Counted from the first letter of the stretch, positions 1 through 10,138 are shown. The stretch is 64,000 nt of DNA from an uncultured delta proteobacterium (GCA_963706575.1 CAVPNL010000003.1:352001-416000), one strand, 5' to 3'. Numbers and translations: made by a program. The notes: a model not told the origin generated them from the sequence alone.

Positions 1-1100
1 GTAGCGGCCACGCCAAGAACATCTCCCACGCCAACCTACAAACCGTCCAGTTGCGTGATGTCAACAACCGCTTTGGATGCTCTGGCGACAGCATCGATGG
101 GTGGGATTGAGTTTAAGGGAACCCCGCCTACCCCCATACCCATATTGGCATGAATGGGTATGTTGGACTGCGCTGTACAGGCCTTTAGGAAAGTAACAAC
201 TCGCGCTACATTCCAGGCACAGGAATCATTCGTGGTTGTATTGATAACCGGGCCAAAAATGGTAACGCCTGCTTTCTCAGCCAGTTTGACCTGCTCGTGT
301 GGAAACAATCCTGCTAAACGAATATCTTCATAGTGGAGATCTCCATGCATTCCTAAGACAAACTCGCCAGACATCCCCATTTCAATACACATATCGGGGT
401 ATTTCTTTTTAAGGATTTCAACCGCTTTAAGGGTTGCCAAAAAATCAGGATCTCCGGCTGCCCCGGTGGTGTCGAAATCGATTCCATCCGCCCCGGATTC
501 ATAGAGCTCACTGGCCACAAAAACCATATCCGCGACCGCATACTCAATCGCTGCTTCACTGGCCGCCCTGGCCTCATCAATTTTTCCCGCGGACATCAGT
601 TCAGATGAATTCGGAGCGGGACCGTCCGGTTGGCTATAGATGCCCAGATTTGGCATCGCCCCATACATAACGGGGACCGTTGTGACCAACAATGCCTGCT
701 CCAATATGGATCTTTCATAGCCGACAATGGGTTTGATTGCCTTGAAACTGTAATCGATATGGCCCAATTCAACGGTGTCGGCACCCAGTGCCTTCTCATA
801 CAGCTGAAGCATTTGGGTCCTGTCGATGGGAAGAAGATTGCGTTGTATTTCGTTACAGGTTGTATCGTAAGTAAAAATCACCTCGTTGCCTGGCTCCACA
901 TGTCCCGGTGGTGAGGACGAGCTGTAGATATCAAAAAGATGATCCAATTCATCCTGGGTGAGCGGATCGATTTTTCCGATGTCTGCGGCATCCTTAGTCC
1001 CCTCTTCGAGATCTTGCTTCAGTTCAGCCTCGGAAAGCGCTAATAAGGAACCATCTCCCATTCGGGTTCGGATTTTCTTATTCGCCATGATCAGCTCCAT
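1..1100 (-). CDS. mtbB: Dimethylamine:corrinoid methyltransferase (MtbB family), pyrrolysine-containing; runs off the window edge
   Basis: MtbB motifs RMGDG, ELGHIDYSFK, YGAMPNLG, FDTTGAAGD, MGMGVGG. The ORF-track stop at 36-38 is TAG, and the frame continues DGL*VGVGDVLGVAA, matching MtbB DGI-O-IGVGDPLG. The real start is probably ATG 1088 (GGAG upstream). Confidence 0.92.
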
Positions 1101-1163
1101 TTATGTATGATGATCATTCAGATAATACCTCAGTTGGAAAATTTCCCAAAAGCGGTTATTTAT

Positions 1164-1967
1164 TCAAAGGGTCTTTTCAAATAAACTGCCAAACTGGGGC
1201 AAACCATCATCCACGCCGGCAAGACGCAAACAGTGCCAGCCAAGGACCAGATTGCTTGAAAGAACCGGTTTGCCCAGTTCTTCTTCAGCCGCTTTAATGA
1301 TTCCGAGGGCCCGCACACTCGTACAGGAAATGAACACCGTGTCAACAAGATCCGACCCGCCCAACTTTAGGACAACTTCCTTGATCGAATCCGGTGTTAT
1401 GCGGCCGACATTTTCATCTTCTGGTTCATTCCATGATCCCATAACCGGAACCTTGAAGCCGTCATCCTGAATATAACCGCGCAGACGGCGATTAATATCA
1501 TCCATATAGGGCGTGATCAGCGCAATGCTGCCGGACGATAAGGCCTCAAATGCAGCGATTGCGGCCTGCAAAGGCGCCGTGCAGGCAACTTCCGGGCGCA
1601 CTTCATGAATTCGTGCGTGCACATTTTCGATGCCGATTTGCATTGAGCCAGAGGTACATCCGTAGGCAATCACATCCAGCGGCAATCCGGTCATGATCAG
1701 ACGGGTGGCCTCAGGGATTTTGCTTTCCATATCCTTGAGTGTCTGCGGGGTAATGGTCGGTGCGCAGTACAGGCGATTCCCATATAATGATACGCCGGGA
1801 AGATCCAGCAGCTGCCGAATTTCATATTCGATGGTCTGATCACCCGATAGCACGATCAGCCCTATACGGGCGCGTTCCCCCAGGCCGCTATCCATTTTAT
1901 AGGGAATGTTTTGCTCATCAATCACAAGATCTTCCCCTGATTGCGCGTTGGCTTTAACCTCTTGCAT
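1164..1967 (-). CDS. Asp/Glu racemase / maleate isomerase family protein (EutA-like)
   Basis: RIGLIVLSGDQTIE N-terminus, both catalytic-type Cys motifs (YGCTSG, ISCT), ITPY and PVLSSN; AAAGGAGG RBS. Confidence 0.85.
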   Translation of the reverse strand: MQEVKANAQSGEDLVIDEQNIPYKMDSGLGERARIGLIVLSGDQTIEYEIRQLLDLPGVSLYGNRLYCAPTITPQTLKDMESKIPEATRLIMTGLPLDVIAYGCTSGSMQIGIENVHARIHEVRPEVACTAPLQAAIAAFEALSSGSIALITPYMDDINRRLRGYIQDDGFKVPVMGSWNEPEDENVGRITPDSIKEVVLKLGGSDLVDTVFISCTSVRALGIIKAAEEELGKPVLSSNLVLGWHCLRLAGVDDGLPQFGSLFEKTL

Positions 1968-2079
1968 GGTTTCCTCCTTTATTTACTTTGCCAATGAGGT
2001 ACTGCGATCTTATATTTCCTTTTTAATACCGCTTTTCATAATAATGTTTCGAATTGTGGCATAAGCGGGTGTGCGGTTG

Positions 2080-2113
2080 TAAAAAAAACGTTTGAATCTC
2101 GGAACGTTTTTTT
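2080..2113. terminator. Intrinsic terminator-like hairpin (possibly bidirectional)
   Basis: AAAAAAACGTT-N10-AACGTTTTTTT inverted repeat just after the stop of 2137..3291; the stem is AT-rich. Confidence 0.45.
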
Positions 2114-2136
2114 GACAATCACTATAAATGACCTGA

Positions 2137-3291
2137 TTACAGCTCGATCAAATCCCTTGATGTCTTTGAAAGAATCTCTGCGCCCGTCTCGGTCATGAGA
2201 ACATCGTCTATGATTCTGACCCCGACCCGTTCTTCGCTTATGTATACCGGTGGTTCGATGGAAACAACCATTCCGGGCTCGAGAGTATACTTGCTGTCCG
2301 CGAACAGGTGATTGTTCTCACCCCATGAGGGCGGATAACCCGGTCCAATCCCATAGCCGGTGGTATGCAGGCGATATGAATCCAATCCCGCATCTGCGAT
2401 AACCTTCTTGGCGACTTCATGGGGCTTTACCATGGGGACGCCTGGTTTCATCTCCGCTATACAAAGATCACAGGCCTCACGAACCACTTTATAGACCTCT
2501 TTAACACGGGGCCTGGCCTTTCCCAGGCACAGTTGTCTGCCGATGGTGCAGTGGTAGCGTTTGTAGCAACCGGAATATTCAATGTTGATATCGTCTCCCT
2601 GTTTGAGTTTGCGTTCTGTCGGAAACCCATGCGGATAAACAATTCGCTCACCGGACACAAAATTCATGGGGCTGGCCGATGCGTCGCTGCCCAGAGCCAT
2701 GAGGGTTCGATGCATCTCTCCAGCGATTTCGAGTTCGGTTTTTCCTTCGGCTAAGGTGTCCAGCCCGGTTTGAAATGCAGCATCTGCAATATCTGAAGCC
2801 TTGCGAATATAGGCAATCTCCGCCGCTGATTTGGCAAGCTTCAAATCTTCAATCAAAAAAGGCACTTCTTTGACGGAACAATCCTTGAGAAGGTCTTTGA
2901 GCTTTATATAATCATGGGGGCCCAGGTAGTAGTAAGGAACCTCGAAACCGATGCGGTGCTTAAAATAGCCCTTTTCTTCCATGATGGTTTTGACCACGTC
3001 GATGGGATCTTCCGGTTCGCGCCCACCCCAGCCGCGTATGTCTTCCGCCAGGCTTTGCTCGGTGTACTCCAACACCTCCGCCAGTCGCATCGTCACAGTG
3101 AGCGGACCCGGTTCGCGCGTGAAAAAGAGGCATTGAAACTCCTGGAAGCTTTTGGCACGGGTTCCGATCAACCAGTGTATGCTCTGGGGAGCAATAACAA
3201 GGAGGAGATCCAGTCCTTCTTTATCCATAGCCTCTCTGACCCGCCGCTGCCGCGTTTCAAATTCCTCCATTTCAAATTCATGCTTTGACAT
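2137..3291 (-). CDS. M24 (pita-bread fold) hydrolase, ectoine hydrolase EutD/DoeA- or creatinase-like
   Basis: Creatinase_N domain plus KSAAEI, IEYSGCYKRYH, GYGIGPGYPPSWGE, LEPGMVVSIEP. Several canonical metal ligands are replaced, as in EutD/creatinase. Confidence 0.8.
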   Translation of the reverse strand: MSKHEFEMEEFETRQRRVREAMDKEGLDLLLVIAPQSIHWLIGTRAKSFQEFQCLFFTREPGPLTVTMRLAEVLEYTEQSLAEDIRGWGGREPEDPIDVVKTIMEEKGYFKHRIGFEVPYYYLGPHDYIKLKDLLKDCSVKEVPFLIEDLKLAKSAAEIAYIRKASDIADAAFQTGLDTLAEGKTELEIAGEMHRTLMALGSDASASPMNFVSGERIVYPHGFPTERKLKQGDDINIEYSGCYKRYHCTIGRQLCLGKARPRVKEVYKVVREACDLCIAEMKPGVPMVKPHEVAKKVIADAGLDSYRLHTTGYGIGPGYPPSWGENNHLFADSKYTLEPGMVVSIEPPVYISEERVGVRIIDDVLMTETGAEILSKTSRDLIEL

Positions 3292-3645
3292 TTTGATCCT
3301 CCCAGTTCAAAGGGTTTAAAAATAATCAGTTTAAATGAACCTTTATTTAAAATGCTCGCTCCGTCAAGTGTTTTCAATTAATTTTTAAAATAACCCATAA
3401 TGTTCATACTCCATATTGTTCAAAAAAAGAATTGGAATTAAGGCAATACTGGAAAGCACATTTTGGGTGGGTCCAAAAAAGGGGGGGTATATCGAAAAGC
3501 TACAGCGTTCACCCGGTAGGAATCAAAGGGTGCCTTTCAGACCTTCGGTGAATTGTGATATAATACCTTGTAAAGCCAGAGATTCTATGGTACAAAAACG
3601 GCGTTTTCGCCTCGGGAATTTATTTTAGGAAGGGAAAGAGTGTTT

Positions 3646-3792
3646 ATGTCCGAAAAGCATCCGGAATGTCCGCTTTATAATCCACTCAATTGCAAAGAAT
3701 ATTATAATCCCAAGCTTTGCGCTTTTGTCAGAAAAGATAAGGACTGCCTGAAGAAAAAAAAACCAAAAACTAAAGCCAAATCAAGCGCTTAG
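3646..3792 (+). CDS. Small 48-aa protein with four Cys and a Lys-rich tail (not in ORF track)
   Basis: ATG 3646 to TAG 3792: MSEKHPECPLYNPLNCKEYYNPKLCAFVRKDKDCLKKKKPKTKAKSSA. Purine-rich leader (AGGAAGGGAAAGAG); fills an intergenic gap. Confidence 0.65.
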   Translation: MSEKHPECPLYNPLNCKEYYNPKLCAFVRKDKDCLKKKKPKTKAKSSA

Positions 3793-3810
3793 AGAAAACC
3801 AGAATTCGAA

Positions 3811-4383
3811 TTAAGCGTGTCCGGCCGTGTCTGAAAGCAGCGCCGGATCGATTCCCATCTTCCTTACCGCCTTTTCCCAACGATTTTCAACCGGCATTTC
3901 AAAAATATTCTCCTCGAACACCGGAACCGTTAACCAGGCATTTTGTTTGATCTCGGCTTCCAGCTGTCCCGGCCCCCAGCCGGCGCACCCGAGTACGATG
4001 ATAAATGAATGCGGTCCTTTACCCATTGCAATGGACTCGATAATATCCCTTGTATTGCTCAGGGCCAAATTTTCGGTAATCCTTAAAGACCCCTCCCAGT
4101 CAAACGGGGGGCCGTGAAGTACAAAGATTTCTGCAATGTGCACCGGGCCCCCTGTGTGGATTGGAATCTTTTCGGCCTCCGGCGAGTGTTCAATTTTGAG
4201 CTCCTTAAAAATATCCTTGGCCGTCAAGGCCTTTTGGACCCGGTTGACCACCAGTCCCATGGCGCCTTGCGAGTTATGTTCACACAAACAGGTCACCGTT
4301 TGATGAAAATTGGGGTCCACCAGTCCCGGCATCGCCATTAAAAACTGTCCTTTTAAAGACCCCTGATACCCCTCATCTTCCAT
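3811..4383 (-). CDS. YqgE/AlgH family protein
   Basis: LMAMPGLVDPNF, GAMGLVVN, GGPV, GCAGWGPGQLEAEI, C-terminal AGHA. Confidence 0.95.
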   Translation of the reverse strand: MEDEGYQGSLKGQFLMAMPGLVDPNFHQTVTCLCEHNSQGAMGLVVNRVQKALTAKDIFKELKIEHSPEAEKIPIHTGGPVHIAEIFVLHGPPFDWEGSLRITENLALSNTRDIIESIAMGKGPHSFIIVLGCAGWGPGQLEAEIKQNAWLTVPVFEENIFEMPVENRWEKAVRKMGIDPALLSDTAGHA

Positions 4384-4401
4384 GGTTTCCTCCGATGGGT
4401 T

Positions 4402-6987
4402 TTAACTGGCAGCCACGACATAGGGTTTGCCCGAGTTTCGTTCGAGCAATTCGAATACTTTCCTGCCGCCGAGCTCCTTGTCAAGGTCGGATGAAATTTT
4501 AATTTCTCCGACATCGGGGCGGGTCCGTGCCGCCTGCAAGGTATTTTCGCTGATGAGGATACCATTCGGAAATGATTTGGTAAGATTCTGCAGCCTGAAG
4601 ACCGTATTTACGGAATCACCGATCACCGTATAGTCCATCTTCTGCTCGAATCCGATATTTCCAACCACCACCTCACCGGTATGGATGCTGATTCCCATGC
4701 AAACGGTGGCACCGAATTTCCTTTCCAGGAATCGATTCACGGCAGCCAGTGATTTTTTCATCTCAAAACCGGCAGCGATGGCATTGTCGGCATCCTCTGT
4801 GCTCGATACCGGAGCACCGAACAGGGCTAAGAATCCATCACCTAAATATTTATCCACGATCCCGTGGTGCTTGAACACGATACCACCCATTGCCGAAAAA
4901 AAGCTGTTTAGAAGCGAGACTGTTTTTTGAGAGCCGATCTCACGGGAAAGCTTTGAAAATCCACGAATGTCGATATTTAGCAAGGTAAGGGTTTTCAATT
5001 CTTCAACCACCGGTTTGCCGTTTTCGGAATCATAAATGATTTTATCCAGAACTTCTTTGGGAACAAATTTCTGGAACATATGCCGGATATCGCGTTCCTG
5101 TTCGGCCATCGAAACGGTCTCTTTGTAAAGACGCGCGTTTTCCAATGCAATACATACCGAGGTTGCAATAGACTGTAAAAGATCCTTGTCGTCTGTATCA
5201 AACTCACCATCGACCTTATTGAGTACCTCAATAACGCCAATGACCTTTCCCTGTGAAACCATGGGCACACAGAGCGCCGATCGGGTTTGAAAACCTGAGT
5301 ATTCATCAACCATCGGGAAGAAATGGGGAGATTTTTCAATATCATTGACCAGGATTGATTTACCCCTGGCCGCCACGTAGCCGGCAATTCCCTGGCCGAT
5401 CTTGAGACGGAACTTTTTCATGGATTTGATTTTAATATTGAAGGCCACGGCAATCTCAAGCTCGTCTTCTTCCAGAAAAAGCAGAGAACCGGCCTCAATG
5501 TTCATCACTTCTCGGATCATATCCATGGTATATTTCAGAACTTTGCTGATATCAAATGTGGAAGACGCCAGGGCACTGCCGACCTGGCGGATGGTATCCA
5601 ATTCCTGATTTCGCTTGACGACCGCCGCGGACAGTCGATTGCGTTCAATTGCCAACGAGAGACCATTGGCGATCCAGGTGATGAGTTTGGGTGCATTGTA
5701 AAAAATACCGACATTTTTGGCTGCCAGCGCTAAAATGCCGGTAACAATACCGTCACTTTTTAAAGGGGCCAGCAGACAGGACGTGCAGCCGTGATCCGTA
5801 AAAAGTTCACGGTCCAACGAATTGGCAATCGAATTGGTATTTTCCACCAGCAGGCTGGTTTCCTGCTTGAATACCTTTTCAATAATTGAGCCTTTGATCG
5901 GATAACTGGTGCCTTTCGCAAGGTTTGAAGGCCCGCTGATCAGCAAGTCGAAGATTTTCAGATGCCCGGATTTGGCATCATCTTTGATCAGTACAAAGGC
6001 AAGGTCAAAGGGAACCACGCTTTGAAGTTCATTGAGCACCGCGTGCAGCAATTCCGTATCTCTGAAACTGGAAATGAGTATTTTAAAAATCTTTTCAATG
6101 GACTTGAGGTGCATCGTGTTGCGCTCGTTTTCCTTGATCAAGCGCAGATTTTCATAGGTAAAAGCGGCGTTGCTCAGCAGAGGGGTTAACACTTCAACAT
6201 CTTCCTGGGTATAAACACGATCGTGCCTCGACGAGATCGTCAAGACCCCAAAAATATCCTTGCTGGTTTTGATCGGCATGCAGACAAATGATTTCGTCCC
6301 GTAATGTGCCAGGTTGGCTCTTCCAAAACGGTTATCATTTTCGATATCCTCAACAACCAGAGGCGATTTATTAATGACGGCATATTTGGCGATGCTGGTT
6401 TCGAAATCAATGCGGTCTCCGGCCTTGACAAATTTCCCGAGACCCACCGTCGCTTTAACCATGAAAGATTTCGGCTCCGCCTTATTAAGGGTCAGGATAG
6501 AACCGAGATCTGAATTGGTCAGCAACAGGGCGCGCTCCAGCGTTATGTGAAGAATCTCCTCCGGGTCAAAAGTGACATAGCAAAGCTCTGAAAGTTCTTT
6601 AAGGATGGATATCTCGGACGCCTTTTTTTCAAGCGCATGAAACGTGTTGCTAAAACGATGTTCGATGGCACTGAAGGAATGCACAATTCTTTGAAGCTCG
6701 TCGGAACCGGGCGAAAGCTGGTCATCTGAAAAATCGCCAAGGTAATTGGACGACATTTGCTGCGATATATTGGAGATTTTATCAAATAGTTTTTTCAGAA
6801 TTGTAAAGCCGGCAAAAGAAAAGATCAGGATACCCAGAAAGAATAAAGGGACCCATTTGTCTTTCAGCATGTCGTATTTAATACTAAAGAAAATAAACCC
6901 CAGGACCGGAAAGAAAAAGAAAAGACCAAAAATTAAATTTAGCTTTGTATATAAGTTTTTTTTCCTCAAAAATGATCTCCCAGCCAA
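4402..6987 (-). CDS. Membrane-anchored class III adenylate cyclase with three GAF domains
   Basis: Two N-terminal TM helices, three GAF repeats, cyclase motifs DIRGFS, DKYLGDG, GNIG..MDYTVIGDSVN. The Lys/Asp pair indicates ATP specificity. Confidence 0.9.
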   Translation of the reverse strand: MAGRSFLRKKNLYTKLNLIFGLFFFFPVLGFIFFSIKYDMLKDKWVPLFFLGILIFSFAGFTILKKLFDKISNISQQMSSNYLGDFSDDQLSPGSDELQRIVHSFSAIEHRFSNTFHALEKKASEISILKELSELCYVTFDPEEILHITLERALLLTNSDLGSILTLNKAEPKSFMVKATVGLGKFVKAGDRIDFETSIAKYAVINKSPLVVEDIENDNRFGRANLAHYGTKSFVCMPIKTSKDIFGVLTISSRHDRVYTQEDVEVLTPLLSNAAFTYENLRLIKENERNTMHLKSIEKIFKILISSFRDTELLHAVLNELQSVVPFDLAFVLIKDDAKSGHLKIFDLLISGPSNLAKGTSYPIKGSIIEKVFKQETSLLVENTNSIANSLDRELFTDHGCTSCLLAPLKSDGIVTGILALAAKNVGIFYNAPKLITWIANGLSLAIERNRLSAAVVKRNQELDTIRQVGSALASSTFDISKVLKYTMDMIREVMNIEAGSLLFLEEDELEIAVAFNIKIKSMKKFRLKIGQGIAGYVAARGKSILVNDIEKSPHFFPMVDEYSGFQTRSALCVPMVSQGKVIGVIEVLNKVDGEFDTDDKDLLQSIATSVCIALENARLYKETVSMAEQERDIRHMFQKFVPKEVLDKIIYDSENGKPVVEELKTLTLLNIDIRGFSKLSREIGSQKTVSLLNSFFSAMGGIVFKHHGIVDKYLGDGFLALFGAPVSSTEDADNAIAAGFEMKKSLAAVNRFLERKFGATVCMGISIHTGEVVVGNIGFEQKMDYTVIGDSVNTVFRLQNLTKSFPNGILISENTLQAARTRPDVGEIKISSDLDKELGGRKVFELLERNSGKPYVVAAS

Positions 6988-7147
6988 TTGCCAACATCGG
7001 TTTTATTCTGATGTGTTTTTCAGAAACGTCAAATTTGCGATTGGCTCTTATTTTATGCGAAAATAAAAAATCTTAAACATCATACCTCGGAATTTCTACA
7101 ACTGAATGAAAATACATGGTGTTTTTGAGGAATGAGTTTTTGCCTCA

Positions 7148-7304
7148 ATAATGGAATAATGGAATAGCGGAATGATGGAATAGTGGGTTCTTAAATAATA
7201 TCTATCACTTAAAGCTTTATCATCAAGCCGATATTTTGCCAGTTACCCAATCTTGCAGTATCCCAACACCCATTTTTCCAATATTCCAGCATTCCACCAT
7301 TCCA
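7148..7304. repeat. Inverted pair of 8-bp periodic arrays
   Basis: GGAATAAT GGAATAGC GGAATGAT GGAATAGT (7153-7184) faces TTTTTCCA ATATTCCA GCATTCCA CCATTCCA (7273-7304). Confidence 0.8.
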
Positions 7305-7571
7305 AGCGGGGCGAAGCCTCAAACTCGATACGCAACTTATTTATATTATAAAAATGATCATTCTTCAACCAAAATAGGTCTTTTAACGCTGCAGAGGGTT
7401 TCCCGGTTTCTAAGCATAACCCATGGCTTTCCGACAGGATGCACTTCAGCTTGACATTACCTGGCGACTTTTTTATAGGGCAATGCAATTAGATTGCTTG
7501 GAAAATCGAGATGATTTCTATAGAATATATTAAACAATAATTCAAATAATGTAAATTTTTGGGGATATTTT

Positions 7572-8012
7572 ATGCGGGCGGTTGTTCAAAGAGTCAAACA
7601 AAGTTCCGTTAAAACGGATGGTGAAGTGGTGGGCCGGATCGGCGGGGGTCTTTTAGTCTTGCTCGGCGTGGCCAAGGGAGATCGCGCTGAAGATGCGGAT
7701 TTTCTGGCCAATAAGATCATCAACCTGAGGATATTTGAAGACGAGGACGGTAAAATGAACCGATCGTTGCTGGAAATCGGCGGTGAATTGCTGGCCGTTT
7801 CTCAATTTACCCTGTTAGCCGATTGCCGCAAAGGAAGGCGCCCCTCGTTTATAGCAGCGGCTGAACCCGAAAAAGCCACCGAACTCTACGAAAAGTTTAT
7901 TGAGCGGGTACGCCAAAAGGGTGTCGCGGTTCAGACCGGCCGGTTTCAGGCGACGATGGAAGTCGCTCTGATCAACGATGGCCCGGTAACGATCATCATC
8001 GAAAGTCGGTAG
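7572..8012 (+). CDS. dtd: D-aminoacyl-tRNA deacylase
   Basis: [25 protein letters not shown] motifs. Confidence 0.98.
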   Translation: MRAVVQRVKQSSVKTDGEVVGRIGGGLLVLLGVAKGDRAEDADFLANKIINLRIFEDEDGKMNRSLLEIGGELLAVSQFTLLADCRKGRRPSFIAAAEPEKATELYEKFIERVRQKGVAVQTGRFQATMEVALINDGPVTIIIESR

Positions 8013-8014
8013 AT

Positions 8015-9226
8015 ATGGGGCCAAAACCCGTTATCTTGATTTTGTTGTTGGCGGTGCTGTTGGGTGTCCTGTTTTTTCCGGCCGACCTGCACGCCCAGGA
8101 GCTCTCTGATCTGAATCGCTTTATCGGCAAAAATGATTCAATTTTGGTCGTCAACGCCAACGGTCAGATTATATTAGCAAAAAATGCCGATAAAAAGCTG
8201 ATGCCGGCTTCGATTTTAAAAATTTTCACCTCCCTGGTGGCCCTGCACTATCTTGGTGACGATTATCGCTTTCCAACCGAATTTTACCTGGACAAACAAT
8301 CAAATCTCAAAATTAAAGGCTACGGCGACCCGCTCCTGATTTCCGAGGTGGTCTCCAAGATATCGCAAGTCCTTGCCGCGCTATTAAAAAACAGCCAACC
8401 TTTGAATGATCTGATTTTAGATGATTCCTATTTTCAACATCCGTTGACCATCCCGGGAATCACATCGTCCCCACAACCTTATGATGCGCCCAACGGTTCA
8501 TTGTGCGTCAATTTTAATACGGTCAGCTTTAAGCGCACATCACAGGGTTATATCAGTGCAGAGCCCCAAACACCGCTGCTGCCCTTTGTGATCGAAAAAA
8601 TAAAAGCATCCGGATTAAAACAGGGCCGTATTGTTTTTTCTCACGACAAAAATGAAATCACCCTGTATGCGGGGAAGCTCTTCCAGTATTTCTTTGAAAA
8701 ACAGGGGATACGTTTCAACGGAGTAGTCAAATTGGGGCGAATCAATGACAACACCGACCGGCTGATATTCAAATATGTTTCCAGTTCATCACTGGCGGAA
8801 GTTGTCGTAAAGCTCCTGGAGCATTCCAACAATTTTACGACGAACCAGCTGCTGATCGCCACCGGCGCCGGAGTCATCGGTCCACCGGGCACCCTCGCCA
8901 AAGGTGTCGCCATTGCCTCCGACTATGCCAAAGAGATGCTGGATCTCGAGGATATGATGATCGTCGAAGGCTCGGGCATATCCAGAGACAATCGAGTCTC
9001 GGCCGTACAGATGGATCAGGCTCTCCAGGAATTTTTGCCCTATCACTATCTGATGCGCCGGCAGGGAAGAGAGTTTTATAAAACCGGCACACTTTACGGC
9101 GTCAGCACCCGCGCCGGCTATATCAAGCGAAGTGATGGCGAATTTTACCGCTACGTCATCATGTTCAACACCCCGGGCAAATCCACCGACTCCCTGATTC
9201 TAAGGCTCCTGCGCATCCTGGATTAA
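8015..9226 (+). CDS. dacB: D-alanyl-D-alanine carboxypeptidase/endopeptidase (peptidase S13, PBP4-like)
   Basis: Signal peptide; PASILK (SxxK), GYGDP, HSNN (SxN), EGSGISR, KTGTL. Confidence 0.88.
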   Translation: MGPKPVILILLLAVLLGVLFFPADLHAQELSDLNRFIGKNDSILVVNANGQIILAKNADKKLMPASILKIFTSLVALHYLGDDYRFPTEFYLDKQSNLKIKGYGDPLLISEVVSKISQVLAALLKNSQPLNDLILDDSYFQHPLTIPGITSSPQPYDAPNGSLCVNFNTVSFKRTSQGYISAEPQTPLLPFVIEKIKASGLKQGRIVFSHDKNEITLYAGKLFQYFFEKQGIRFNGVVKLGRINDNTDRLIFKYVSSSSLAEVVVKLLEHSNNFTTNQLLIATGAGVIGPPGTLAKGVAIASDYAKEMLDLEDMMIVEGSGISRDNRVSAVQMDQALQEFLPYHYLMRRQGREFYKTGTLYGVSTRAGYIKRSDGEFYRYVIMFNTPGKSTDSLILRLLRILD

Positions 9227-9328
9227 TCTGCGATTGCCCCCTCATAGCCGTAATGGCACCTTTCGCAAATTTGGCTTTGGATCCAGTTTGGATGTTCACC
9301 GAGAATTGCCGGCGACCAAAACGCGCAA

Positions 9329-10138
9329 TCAAATAAAGGATACCTCCGCGGTACCCATCGTTCCGAAATCGGCAACGATGTGGTCCCCTGGTTCTGCAAG
9401 ATAGATATCCGTGCAGACCCCGGTGCTGACCAGATCGCCCGCCTTTAACGCTTTGCCCTGTTCGCACAGGGTATTGGCGAGCCAAACCAGGGAGTTCAAA
9501 GGGTTGCCCAGAACCGCAGCGCCTGAGCCGCTAAGTTTCTCCGCACCGTTGACCCTGAGACGGACCTCGTGGGAGGCAAGGTCAATGTGGCGCCACGCCT
9601 CGGTGGCGCTTCCCCGGACCCAACCGCTGTTGCACCCGTTGTCCGAAATGAGTGAAGGCAGGGGCACCTCCGTCCAGACGGTATACCGGGTGTCCACGAG
9701 TTCGATGGACGGTAGGATTGCCGCCACCGCGTCGGCCACGGATTCCCTGTCGTAGGGGGCACCCTCTCGGGGCAGATCCTCGGCCAGTTGAAACGAAAAT
9801 TCCGCTTCAATGAGCCGCATGGAAAAATTTTGTGCGTTGACCCGGGCTGGGCTTTGATATACAAATGGTGAGAGGAGCCGTCCGTAAAAAGGGGTGTCGG
9901 TGCCCAGGAGTTCCTGGGCAAGCTTGTTGGTGCAGGCCACCTTGTATCCAACCGCACGGCCGCCGTTTTTTTTAAGCAGCCGGTCCACCACCCCTTCCTG
10001 TACTGCGTATCCCGAGGCAAGATTGTCCGGCCGAAAGGTTTCAGGGATCTGGGGTTCCTGGCGAAGCGCAAAGCGGAGCTCCGCGATAAACTCGGCGGCT
10101 TTTGAAATCTGGTCCATAAACTCTCCTTGAAAGATCAA
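9329..10138 (-). CDS. 2-keto-4-pentenoate hydratase-like protein (FAA hydrolase family)
   Basis: GYKVACT, IEAEF, IELVDTR, SDNG, LGNPLNSLVWLAN, GDLVSTG. The start is probably MDQIS near 10117. Confidence 0.85.
   Translation of the reverse strand: MIFQGEFMDQISKAAEFIAELRFALRQEPQIPETFRPDNLASGYAVQEGVVDRLLKKNGGRAVGYKVACTNKLAQELLGTDTPFYGRLLSPFVYQSPARVNAQNFSMRLIEAEFSFQLAEDLPREGAPYDRESVADAVAAILPSIELVDTRYTVWTEVPLPSLISDNGCNSGWVRGSATEAWRHIDLASHEVRLRVNGAEKLSGSGAAVLGNPLNSLVWLANTLCEQGKALKAGDLVSTGVCTDIYLAEPGDHIVADFGTMGTAEVSFI

Noticed and set aside
36..1100. mtbB as a complete 354-aa protein
   Set aside because: Homology continues past the TAG at the Pyl position. A PYLIS-like element cannot be judged because only 35 nt remain in the window.
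2137..3291. Ordinary Xaa-Pro aminopeptidase or DMSP lyase DddP
   Set aside because: The dimetal ligand set (D, D, H, E, E) is not intact, and the motifs resemble EutD/creatinase.
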